Assembly: GCA_028534125.1 (NCBI GenBank)
Contig: CM052832.1
Coordinates: 16,246,001-16,310,000 of the forward strand
DNA: 64,000 nt
Source: Lama glama
Taxonomy: Eukaryota
Direction: 5' to 3'
Part shown: in pieces, positions 36,191-59,773 of the stretch
Layout of the letters: each line of letters opens with the position of its first letter
Position numbering within the stretch: the first letter of the stretch is position 1
Translations under genes and position numbers: made by a program
Notes under the pieces: model-generated
What the model saw: the letters and a program-made list of their open reading frames with translations, nothing else
What the model was told of the DNA's origin: nothing
Databases searched by the model: none

Positions 36191-36380
36191 TAAATGGTAG
36201 AAAAAAAATCAATCAGCTGACACTCAATGAGCCCTCCTTCAATTTTGTTGAAAGGAAAGAAAAAGTATCTGGCAGAATGGTGTCATGAGGTCACTCACTT
36301 TCTCGGTGAGATTTTGAAACTGTCCCTTTGGTGCCCGCTGTTGTTTTGACCCTCCTGGATTTCCCCTTGTGCCTTCTTTC

Positions 36381-37276
36381 TGTAGTAAGGGAGGGTTGGA
36401 CAAGGGGAGGGGGAGGGAATACCCACTCCTTAAGGGGGGTGGGAGCGGCTCTCAGGCCCACCAACTTCCCAACTCACACTGAGGCAGGAAGCCCCATNNN
36501 NNNNNNNNNNNNNNNNNNNNNNNNNNNNNNNNNNNNNNNNNNNNNNNNNNNNNNNNNNNNNNNNNNNNNNNNNNNNNNNNNNNNNNNNNNNNNNNNNNNN
36601 NNNNNNNNNNNNNNNNNNNNNNNNNNNNNNNNNNNNNNNNNNNNNNNNNNNNNNNNNNNNNNNNNNNNNNNNNNNNNNNNNNNNNNNNNNNNNNNNNNNN
36701 NNNNNNNNNNNNNNNNNNNNNNNNNNNNNNNNNNNNNNNNNNNNNNNNNNNNNNNNNNNNNNNNNNNNNNNNNNNNNNNNNNNNNNNNNNNNNNNNNNNN
36801 NNNNNNNNNNNNNNNNNNNNNNNNNNNNNNNNNNNNNNNNNNNNNNNNNNNNNNNNNNNNNNNNNNNNNNNNNNNNNNNNNNNNNNNNNNNNNNNNNNNN
36901 NNNNNNNNNNNNNNNNNNNNNNNNNNNNNNNNNNNNNNNNNNNNNNNNNNNNNNNNNNNNNNNNNNNNNNNNNNNNNNNNNNNNNNNNNNNNNNNNNATT
37001 GGTCCATTTGTAGTGCTTCATTTGCATGGAGCTCACTCCTGATTGGTTATTTCTCTCACTCCTGATTGAGCTATTTCTACAAAGCTTGTTCCTGGTTGGT
37101 CAACTTCTGTTATACTCTATTTGCATATGATGTTGCAAAGTGTAAAACTGGCAGCCTATAAAAACCTGTGTAAACCTACAGCTGGAGTCCAGAGCTTGCT
37201 AGTGTAATAAACGTGAGTTCTCCAACTCTCCGAGTGCTGCCCAGCTCAAGGTTGCTGTCATAACTGAGCTGTAACA
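36381..37276 (+). mobile_element. ERV1-type LTR interrupted by a 500-N gap in its CCAAT-repeat U3
   Basis: Starts TGTAGT and ends GAGCTGTAACA. Repeated CTCACTCCTGATTG units; ATTTGCAT x2; TATAAAA 37157; AATAAA 37206-37211; R/U5 tgagttctccaactctccg resembles the LTR at 27944-28357. 5' boundary and TSD are uncertain. Confidence 0.7.
36498..36997. other. Assembly gap (500 N)
   Basis: Run of N. Confidence 1.
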
Positions 37277-39703
37277 CATTTTTATGAATAACATGGGAGT
37301 GTTACAGATCTGAAACGGTCCCCTTACATTTCTCCAGGTCCACCTGACTCTTGGACAGTTCTCTCCAATCACAGAAATGCACACGTCCTAGTTTGAAAAC
37401 TTGCCCTGGAGAAACTTACCAGACAAGAGTAGAAGAGAGCGCACAGCAGCATCATGGTCATAACCATCAGCTTAAACAAAGTAAATGTCCACTGACAGGA
37501 GTGAGGACGTATTGTGGTGTGAGCATGCAGAAAGAAAGTGAATGAATTACAGCTACACAGTCAAAATCATAATGCTGAGTAAAAAAGCCAGCCCCAAAAG
37601 AACACATGGAGAGTGATTCCACACATGTGAAGATCAAACAGGGAAATCTAAACAGTATATACTGTTTAGAAATACTTACAATGCATAGATAGTGAAACTA
37701 AGATAAGCAAAGGAAGGGAACATGAAGAATTGAGGGTGGAGTTCAGTCTGCAGGGAGGGAATGGGATGCAGATAACTTGGAGCACGCAGGACGTCTGATG
37801 TCCTGGGAATTTATTTCTTAAGCTGCTGTCAGGTGCCCAGGCAGTCTGTTACATTCATCTTTAACTATAAATGCTTATTTTATACATGCTTCCATGCGTA
37901 TAGTATAATCACAATAAATTTAGGAGAGAGGATGAATGTGAAGAGAGAGTGGAAAGGGCAAGTGAGGAACACCAAATGCTGACTGTGCTGGGAAGAGGAG
38001 AGGAAGCTGGAGAGGGACCAGGTTGAAGAAGGTTGGGGGGGTGAGTACTCAGGAGAGTGGACAAAGTTGAAAGGGGCTGCGGGAGGGGGCAAAGTGGCAC
38101 CTGGAGCCCAGCTGAAGGGAGCCTGCCAAGAGCAGCTGCATGATGCATTGTGAGTGGTACCTTGGCTAGACTGGGAAGAAAGGAAGGAAGGGAAGAAGGG
38201 AGGAGGGCCTGACAGAAAAGGAAAGACCCATGACTGGAGGTTCTCCTGGGAGAACAGAGCAGGTATACTCACTGCGCTCCAGGAGGGAGCAAGCTGAGGG
38301 CTCCTCAGAGGATGGTATGCTGGCACTGTAAATTTCAGAGAGGATGAAATTCCAGATGCTGATAATCACCAGAGTATGATTCTAGGAAGAAAGTGGATGA
38401 GATGGAGTCAAGGTAAAAGTTGTTGGAAGGAGGCCAAGAAGCTTTGAAGAACCCAGTAATACAGGCTGCGGATGGGGGAGGGATATGGGTGGGGTGGGAA
38501 GGAGGCCTTTCACTACGTACCTTTTTATATTTTTTGAATTTTGAACCATACAAATGAATCCAAGAAAATGTAAACAAAAAGATATTTTAATTGGGGTGTG
38601 GATTGGGTTATTAGCATGGACACTGGCAGGCCCATAAGTGAGTTGCTCATGGCAACAAGGAGAGAGAGGCGGGGAGCTTTAGAGTAGGACTCTTGAGGCT
38701 GCGAGGAAAGGGTGTTTGGACTGAAGTGGAAGAGTCCTGTTCCTGGGATTGACAAGGAGCTAGCAGAACCCGCCATCATTTCCCCAGACTTAGTGCTGAG
38801 CAAGGCCGGATGGTGTGGAGGGGGAAGGTCATGGGCTGCAGGAAGAACTAAATTCTCTCAAAAGCAGGAGGTGGGGGGAAGAATAGTTCCGGAGGCTGAG
38901 GCTGTGAGAGGCTTCCAAAGAACTGGAGAAAATGAATTACTAGGAGGATGTACAGATTGGGGAATGGGATACTTTGCAGGAGATAGATGGGAATTTAGGA
39001 AAGGTGGTTTTACAAATAGATGGGAGTGGTGTGGGCCTTTTGTTTTCTTGAGGTGTCTTTTTTTTAATTGAAGTATAGTCCGTTACAATGTGTCAGTTTC
39101 TGGTGTACAGTATAATGTGTCATATGGTTTCTTTTCTCAAGCTGTGAGCACCTGTCACCATTGTCTGAACAGGCTGCAGTTTTCACCAGGGTTTCTACAG
39201 TGAGGGCAGAGCAGAGTGTGGGTCCAAGCAGAAATGAGAAGTTGGAAATTTTATTGTAATACCAGAAAGTCTTATCAGCCTATGGATTAAGAAATCCAGG
39301 CAGACTTCCCTCCTCCTTTTCAATTGGTTGCTCAAGGCATATAGTTATTTCAGTCTGGGCTAAGCACAATTGCAAAAGTAAACCCACTGCGAAAAAAACT
39401 TTGAATGCCACGGGGAAGTGTCTAAGCTTTTCTACCACTTAGACATTTCCTACTAGGTCACTGCTTGGTCCATAACCAAGAGCAGTGCACTAAGCCAGGA
39501 GCTAGCTAATCCTTGACCACTTCTCCTAAATATACACACAAAAATACACACACCCCTTTTCAGATTGAACTTTTGTAGATGCAAGGCCAGAAAAGACTTC
39601 AGAGGACAATCCCTTCATTTCATTGAAGAGAATACTAAAACCTCTGAGGACCTGAGGACTTCAAACCTGGCTAGAATCTAGAACTTCTATCTCCTAATTT
39701 TTT

Positions 39704-40176
39704 TTTAATTGAAGTAAAGTCAGTTGAAAATGTTGTGTCAATTTCTGGTGTACAGCATAATGTTTCAGTCATATATGAACATACATATATTCTTTTTATA
39801 TTCTTTTCCCTCATAGGTTACTACAAGATATTGAATATAGTTCCCTGTGCTATACAGAAGAAATTTGTTTATCTATTTTATATACAGTAGCTAGTATCTG
39901 CAAATCTCAAACTCCCAATTTATCCCTTCCCACCCTCTTTCCTCCCTGGTAACCATAAGTTTGTTTTCTATGTCTATGAGTCTGTTTCTGTCTTGTAAAT
40001 AAGTTCATTTGTGTCTTTTTTTTTTTAGATTCCACATATAAGTGATATAGTATTTTTCTTTCACTTTCTGGCTTACTCCACTTAGAATGACAATCTCCAG
40101 TTCCATCCATATTGCTGCAAATGGCATTATTTTATTTTATTCTCTTTTATGGCTGAGTAGTATTCCATTATATATA

Positions 40177-40214
<38 letters not shown>

Positions 40215-40384
40215 ACAACTTCTTTATCCAGTCATTGTCGATGGACATTTAGATTGTTTCCATGTCTTGGGTATTGTTAAATAGTGCTGCTATGAACATT
40301 GTGGTGCCATGTATCTTTTTGAAATTAGAGTTCCCTCCAGATACATGCCCAGGAGTAGGATTACTGGATCTTACTATATGATCC
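39704..40384 (-). mobile_element. 5'-truncated younger L1 3' end with a long TSD, internal (AT)n and a terminal micro-inversion
   Basis: AGAACTTCT(A/G)TCTCCTAATTTTTT at 39680-39703 and 40385-40408. L1 motifs ccataagtttgttttctatgtctatgagtctg and agtgctgctatgaacattg. Confidence 0.9.
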
Positions 40385-42049
40385 AGAACTTCTGTCTCCT
40401 AATTTTTTCTTGAATCCTTAATCAGATTTTATTTCTCAACCCTACAAGAATCCTGAATTTATTTGTTCTTGACACTAGGCTAAGGCGTTGGTCCTGCCAC
40501 CCAAGGACAAGAAGTCCTGTCATTTTATACTGGCAGAAGTTGGAAGACAAAGGCCTAGGATCTAGATATCCCTATGTGGGGTATATGTGAAAACACTCCT
40601 ACAACAGCTTCTCACCAGACTATACAGGAAAAGTCAGCCTTGTGCACCACAACTTGATTCCATATAAAACTGTAACTGGGTGGGCTAGGCACCTGAGTCA
40701 CCAGCTCTCAACTCTACCTGCTACCAAGGACCACCTGTCTTAATGAGGGAAGCAGAATTTTTAGTTACAGTTCTTTGAAAATTTAAGTCTGTCTTTCAAT
40801 TAGTCAAAGGAGAAAGGAGCTCTCACTGATGCAGCACCTGATATATGCCAGGCTCACATAACTCCACATTAGCTCTGTGAGGAATCCAGGGCCTCCAATT
40901 CAAAGATAACGATGCTGTGATTCAGAGAATTAAGTAACTTGCCCAAGGGCCCTCTTTTCATAAGTAGTGGAATATGGCTTTGAGCTTAGGTATGTCTGAC
41001 ACAAAAGCCAACATTCTTCCTGGAATCCACGTGGCCTAAAAACAAAGATATTTCTACAAAGAGGGATTTTAGAATAGAGAACTGGGTGAAGACATAAAAG
41101 TCAAAGAACTTAAACGAGAAAGGCAGATTAGAGGCACCACTGGAACACTGCCCCCACTGCCCCATCAAAGGGCATCCCTTGAGTTCAGGATTCGGTTTAA
41201 GTCAGCATCAAACTTTTATGGGTGGATGCTGACTAAATTGAAGCGAAATGACTTCAACAGTCAGTCATTTATTGTATGGCTTTTATTTGCAAAACATAAC
41301 CCAAGACATAATTCATACAATCAAGAAGTTTACAATCTAATGGGGAAACCAGGTATTGAACACATTATATCACCAGCAGTTCCATCAGAATTAATATGTA
41401 AGGAAAATGCTCTAGTGTCCTGGAGGATGTAACAAACAAATCCAGTTGGCAGGAAACAGGAGCTTCTCCTGCATTTGGATGTGTGGGGAAATGAGTGTAT
41501 GTATGAGAGATGCAAGGAAGAGGGAACCAGTCTTTAAGTCTTCAATAAAAGCCTGTGGTGAAGTTGTGGAGACTGCAGCTTATTTGGGAGTGACAAAGAA
41601 AGCAAACGTGCAGAATTGAGGGTGGTGGAGCTTTGACCTTGTGAATCTGGTGGAGGGGCAGGGATGGGAAGGACGGTTGTGGTTGGAAAGATTAAAGATA
41701 GTAGAATCTTATTAATGTAAATATTCACATAATTAGAACAATTAGTACTAGGGCTAATTGTACAGTAGGGTGAAATGGTCAAGGTCATTGACAGTACGAG
41801 GGTTTTTGCCTTGGCAAAAAATTGGGATCAATTTTGAGAATGTTGGCAGAGGCAGGACGGGTGTGATTTCACAAGATTTTGAGACAGAGAGGAAGTTAAC
41901 GACACTGGATTGTTTGGCCTCGTAGGAAGTTAAATATCTTTTAGGACAGGAGTGCTGGGGTGGTTAGTAGCTTCAGAAGGCCTGGAAAAGTCTGGAAGTG
42001 TGGCTGGAGGAACTGTGAACAGGGGATGCAGACATGGGCAACAGCAACC

Positions 42050-42800
42050 AACATCCCCGATAGTCTCGGGTGGTCTGGGACCCCGGGAGGGGCGGGGATT
42101 GCAACCCGGGCCCCGCTCCGCACAGCTGGGTCAGTGCCGCACCACCTCCTATGAGCAGGTGGCAGCGCCGCCCGCGGGAAGCCAGGCAGGCGGGGAGCGC
42201 AGGGGGCGGGGCGCGCCTTGCGGGGCGCAGAGCAGGCTGCGCCGCGGGCCGCCGGGAGCGGGGGGCGGGCCCGAGCCGAGCGGGCCTCCGCGCGGCATTT
42301 GGCACGCACGCGCAGACCAGCCGCGGGGCCCGGAGGCACAGAGGAGGGGGAGCCAGAAAGAGGGGGGGTGCGGAACGTATTTCCGCTCTGGCGGACAAAT
42401 AATAGCGGCCAAAGGGGAGGCCAGGCCGTCCGGCCCTTTAACCGGGTGGGGGGGCTGGTGAAGAAAGGAGGGTCGGGAAAGGGGGAATCCTGCTCCTTTA
42501 ATTCCCTCCCCTTTTCCTTCTCTCTGAGTTCTAGCCGACGCCGCCGCGCGCGGGGCCTGGAACACACGGCACGAGCCGCCCCCGCCCCTCCTCCCTTACG
42601 CCCACGCGGAGCCAGCCCCGCGCGCGCGCGCGCGCCCCGTGCACCCCCGCGCCTGCGCGCTGCCCAGGCCCTGCCCGTGTGTGGGGGCGCAGTCGACCCC
42701 GGGGGGGTGGGGGAAATTGGGGGGGAAAAAAACCGCGCGGAACCGGGCCAGGTGAGAGGCGCGTGCACTCAGGGTCGTGGGGCGGGGGGGGCGTGCCANN
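42050..42800 (+). promoter_or_regulatory. ZBTB12 CpG-island promoter and non-coding exon 1 (donor CAG|GTGAGA after 42751)
   Basis: Very high CpG/GC content and GC boxes; acceptor ccaaccag at 42970 precedes the coding exon. Confidence 0.75.
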
Positions 42801-42898
42801 NNNNNNNNNNNNNNNNNNNNNNNNNNNNNNNNNNNNNNNNNNNNNNNNNNNNNNNNNNNNNNNNNNNNNNNNNNNNNNNNNNNNNNNNNNNNNNNNNN
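42799..42898. other. Assembly gap (100 N) in ZBTB12 intron 1
   Basis: Run of N inside the GC-rich island. Confidence 1.
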
Positions 42899-42990
42899 GG
42901 TGCGAGGCCTGGAGCCTTGGCTTAGGAAAGCCAGAGACCTTTGTCTCTGACCGGTTTCCTTCCCAACCAGGGTTGCCCACCCCCGCCACA

Positions 42991-44370
42991 ATGGCCTCTG
43001 GGGTGGAAGTCCTGCGCTTCCAGCTGCCTGGCCACGAGGCCGCTACGCTGCGGAACATGAACCAGCTCCGCGCAGAGGAGCGGTTCTGCGACGTGACCAT
43101 TGTGGCCGACAGCCTCAAGTTCCGCGGCCACAAGGTCATCCTGGCCGCCTGCTCGCCGTTCCTGCGGGACCAGTTCCTGCTGAACCCCAGCTCTGAGCTG
43201 CAGGTCTCCCTGATGCACAGTGCGCGCATAGTGGCTGACTTGCTTCTCTCTTGCTACACGGGAGCCCTGGAATTCGCTGTCAGAGACATCGTTAACTACC
43301 TGACGGCAGCCTCCTACCTGCAGATGGAGCACGTGGTGGAGAAATGCCGGAACGCCCTCAGCCAGTTCATCGAGCCCAAAATAGGCCTCAAAGAGGATGG
43401 GGTCAGCGATGCCAGCCTTGTGAGCAGTGTCAGTGCCACCAAATCCCTCCTCCCTCCTGCCAGGACCCCAAAGCCAGCCCCCAAACCCCCACCTCCACCC
43501 CCTCTTCCCCCTCCACTCCTGAGGCCTGTAAAGCTAGAGTTCCCGCTGGATGAGGACCTGGAGCTGAAGGCCGAGGAAGAGGATGAGGACGAGGACGAGG
43601 ACGTGTCTGATATCTGCATCGTCAAGGTGGAATCAGCCCTGGAGGTGGCACACCGGCTCAAACCTCCCGGAGGCCTGGGAGGAGGTCTGGGCATCGGAGG
43701 CTCTGTGGGCAGCCACCTTGGGGAGCTGGCCCAGAGCAGCGTGCCCCCCAGCACCGTGGCCCCACCACAGGGCGTGGTGAAAGCCTGCTACAGCCTGTCC
43801 GAGGACGCGGAAGGGGAGGGCCTGCTGTTGATCCCCGGAGGCCGGGCCAGTGTGGGGGCCACCTCAGGTCTAGTGGAAGCAGCAGCGGTGGCCATGGCTG
43901 CCCGGGGGGCGGGGGGCAGCCTGGGGGCAGGGGGCAGCCGGGGACCCCTGCCCGGAGGCTTTTCCAGTGGAAATCCCCTAAAGAACATCAAGTGCACCAA
44001 GTGCCCGGAAGTGTTCCAGGGCGTGGAGAAGCTGGTCTTCCATATGCGGGCACAGCACTTCATCTTCATGTGCCCGCGCTGCGGCAAGCAGTTCAACCAC
44101 AGCAGCAACCTCAACCGCCACATGAACGTGCACCGTGGCGTCAAGTCGCACTCGTGTGGCATCTGCGGCAAGTGCTTCACGCAGAAGTCCACGCTGCACG
44201 ACCACCTAAACCTCCACTCTGGAGCGAGGCCCTATCGCTGCTCCTACTGCGACGTGCGCTTCGCTCACAAGCCTGCCATTAGGCGGCACCTCAAGGAGCA
44301 GCACGGCAAGACCACGGCCGAGAACGTGCTGGAGGCCAGTGTGGCTGAAATCAACGTCCTCATCCGCTAG
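42991..44370 (+). CDS. ZBTB12: Zinc finger and BTB domain-containing protein 12, 459 aa, single coding exon
   Basis: [40 protein letters not shown] (BTB domain), four C2H2 fingers, ends EINVLIR*. AATAAA at 45201-45206. Confidence 0.98.
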   Translation: MASGVEVLRFQLPGHEAATLRNMNQLRAEERFCDVTIVADSLKFRGHKVILAACSPFLRDQFLLNPSSELQVSLMHSARIVADLLLSCYTGALEFAVRDIVNYLTAASYLQMEHVVEKCRNALSQFIEPKIGLKEDGVSDASLVSSVSATKSLLPPARTPKPAPKPPPPPPLPPPLLRPVKLEFPLDEDLELKAEEEDEDEDEDVSDICIVKVESALEVAHRLKPPGGLGGGLGIGGSVGSHLGELAQSSVPPSTVAPPQGVVKACYSLSEDAEGEGLLLIPGGRASVGATSGLVEAAAVAMAARGAGGSLGAGGSRGPLPGGFSSGNPLKNIKCTKCPEVFQGVEKLVFHMRAQHFIFMCPRCGKQFNHSSNLNRHMNVHRGVKSHSCGICGKCFTQKSTLHDHLNLHSGARPYRCSYCDVRFAHKPAIRRHLKEQHGKTTAENVLEASVAEINVLIR

Positions 44371-45649
44371 CACTAGTAGGGCAGGCACTGGGTCCCTGGG
44401 CTAGGTGGAAAAGGGGCTCCCTGGCCCAGGAGAATAGGGGGTGGGGGGTCGGGGGCAGACAGGTACGGTGAGGAGCCTGAGCAGACACACACATCCTGAG
44501 GGAGAGGCCGAAGATTCCTTAGAAGACTGCCTCTTCAGAAGAAAAGGATGGAGAGGAAGAGGGTTCTTTGAGAAGGCCAAGGGAATAGGGGGGAGGGGGG
44601 TCCCAAAGAAAGATTTTCTTCTCTTAGAGGTGCATGGATATGTGGAGGGAGGGAAAAGGTCCTATGGGATGAGGAGGGGAAAAGGCTGGAAAATGTTTTA
44701 TTTCCGGCTAAGGCTGTCCAGGAAGAGGTTCTGACATTTCTTGAGGTAGGGGGCGGGTGGGTGGGAAGTGGGAGGGGATTTGGCAGGAGGCAGTTTAATT
44801 GCTCCTGCTTAGAATAGATCCTTGGGAGAGGGAACGGTAGGGGGAAGGATTATTGAATTCCAGAAAAGGAAGGGGGAGACAGTTCTTGCATGCTGGGGGA
44901 ATGGGACTGTGGGTACAAGGCTCACCAAAATTGTAGGGAGAACAAAGTAAGGTGGAAGGTAGGGGAACATGGGGGTGAGCATCCTTGGTAGATATTGGGA
45001 AGCGGGGTACAATAGCAAGAACTACGAATAGTGGTGGGGGTGGGGGGTAGGGCACTTAGATGAGAGGACACAAGAAGGGCTGTTGAGGGGGAGGGAAAGG
45101 AGTAGAGACTTATACAGTATTTTTTAAGAAAACAAAACGTATTTTTTAGGATTTTTTCTGGAGTTTGGGGTTTTAGTTTTTCTGCTTTTGTTTTCCACAA
45201 AATAAAAAAAAAACTTTTTTTTCTTTATACTTTGTCTGGCAACTGTGTGTAAATGACTGTCCCACTTCACCCTCTGGTGCCATTTGCGAAGTACCCCAAG
45301 GTCACAACTCATGCAGGCCCATGCCTGAAGGAGCCTTGACAGGGGAAGGGGAATGTGACAAGGGGGTTCCTCTGGCCAGAGAACCTCCCTCCCCAGTTCT
45401 ACATCCTGAACAACTGGCAGATACCTCACAGCATAAGGTTCCATGATTGTTTGGCAGAGGCTTTAACACAACCTGCTCCTCTAGTTGAAGAGTTCAGTGT
45501 CAGGGCTAGGGATGGGATTCTAGGTGTGATTGTGGTGCCCACCAAAATTGTAAGCAGGATCCTGTGTTTGAGCCTGTTTTTGGTCTGAGGAAAGGGTTCA
45601 TGTCCTTGGGAAAGCTAAAAACCACTGTTCAGATTAGGGTATGGGGAAG

Positions 45650-45705
45650 ACTACAATTCCCAGAGAACTCTGGAATCCTTAACCAAAAAGAACTACAGTT
45701 CCCAG
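45650..45705 (+). promoter_or_regulatory. Two tandem ZNF143/THAP11-type ACTACANTTCCCAG motifs
   Basis: ACTACAATTCCCAG 45650-45663 and ACTACAGTTCCCAG 45692-45705. Confidence 0.7.
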
Positions 45706-46574
45706 GAGGCCTTGAATTGGCCTCAGGTGCCCTATATCCCAACCACCTGCCTGTGTCAAATACTGCATGTGAAATACAGATATTATCCAAAATTTGACCA
45801 TAATGTAATACCTAAAGGGATGGTACTCTATTGCTGCCAAAGTTGTGTGTCTTGGTGTAATATTCATACTTCCACTGTTGGCTGGGCTATGACCCACGGA
45901 GTGCCTGGCTATCCTTGTTAAGTGGCCAAAAAAAAAAAGGTTACTTACTGTCACCAGACAGTAATGACTCGGGTCTCTGGGGGCTTACCTGGATCCCTAG
46001 TGCTTGTGGTGGCGTAACACGTCTGGCATAAACAGAAAACACATTTAGCCCCAGGTTTTCAAAAGGGGTCGCTGCTCCAGGGGACCCTGAAGCAGCATGC
46101 TAAAACCAGCCAAGATTAAATGTGTCCTCCGCGCATCCCCATCGCCCCCTTCTTGCTCGTTAGAGAAGCGAGGCCAAAATTGAGGCCGAGCTTTCTGTCT
46201 AGTGACCCAGAAACTAGAAAGCAACCAGCAGCAGGAGAAGCACACGCGGGTAGGACTGGAAATACAGCCACTGCCTAGAGAGCCGGGAGGCTCAGACGCT
46301 ACGTAGTTACCTAAAACCAGGTGGGGAATGGAGAAGCCACACCTGGGCTCAAGGCGTGCCTCGCCTTCAGCTAGCCGCTGGGCTGAGGCCAGGAATGGCA
46401 GAAATTCCTGCAGCCCCCAGCTTAGGACGGCCACTGCCATCTCCCAGGCCGCTCTCGAGGGAAGATAGCCAGAAAGCGCGTAGTGGCTCCTTTAAGGCTC
46501 CTCCTAGCCCTCCCTCCCCCGCCCACGTGACCCGGGGCGGCCGCGCGCCGGCTCGGCCCCCCGCGCAAGCGGCG

Positions 46575-58979
<12,405 letters not shown>

Positions 58980-59267
58980 GAATGGACCACCCACCCCGCC
59001 CCATGGCCACCTGCTCAGCAGCCACCTCTGCCCTTGCTGCTCACAGTCCACACCTGAGGGTGCTACCATCTTCTCTCCCCCGCCCCTTCACACATTCCTC
59101 AGCCAGAGATCCCAGCCAGGCCCTGGAGGTCTGACAGCCCCTCTCTCCCAGAGCTGGTTCCTCCCTGGGAGGGTGACTTCAGGGCAGGCCACCCCCCACC
59201 CCCATCCTCAGCTTAAGTTTGATGAATTGAAATTGGGCCTCTATGCTAACTGGTTTCCTTTGTTCTC

Positions 59268-59292
59268 AATAAACGTTGGGTTTGGTAATAAA
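59268..59292 (+). terminator. Tandem EHMT2 polyadenylation signals
   Basis: AATAAA at 59268-59273 and 59287-59292. Confidence 0.85.
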
Positions 59293-59773
59293 CTGAGTCA
59301 CTGTTGATGAGGAAGCACACAGGGCCGGAGGAATGTGGGTCCCAGGGGGCACAGAGAGGGAATGGGAAGCAGGCCAGACAGGTGTGCTGGTGTGGACAGC
59401 CACCTGGGGGGAGGCGGGGGCTGTGGGGGATTACTGTGGGCAGGGTCTAGTCAAGGGCAAATCTCATCTCCACACTTAATCTTTGGCAGGAGAGTGTGGG
59501 TGTGAGAGTACCACGATTGAGGTAGTTTGCAAAACCATGAAGGATTTTCTTAGAGCAAGTGTTCCAGGCCATGGTCCATGAGGCCCGCAATAAGCAACCC
59601 TAACCTGAAACCCTGTCCCAGGCTTGCTTTCCAGCCCTCCGCTGGAGTCAGGGAGGAACTAGAGTGTGTCAGGGACCACAGGCGGAGGTGGGGCTGTGAC
59701 GTGTGGGTGGGCGGGGCAGGTAGCAGGTGAGCGGCCAGGTCTCCCAGGCTCCAATCACTCCAGAGACTGAGCC

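Noticed and set aside
36328..37065. ORFs of 177-245 aa across the 36.5 kb region
   Set aside because: Artefacts of translating the 500-N gap.
42679..42990. 563-aa ZBTB12 ORF with an N-terminal extension
   Set aside because: The extension crosses intron 1 and a 100-N gap; the recognisable protein starts at ATG 42991 after the acceptor at 42970.
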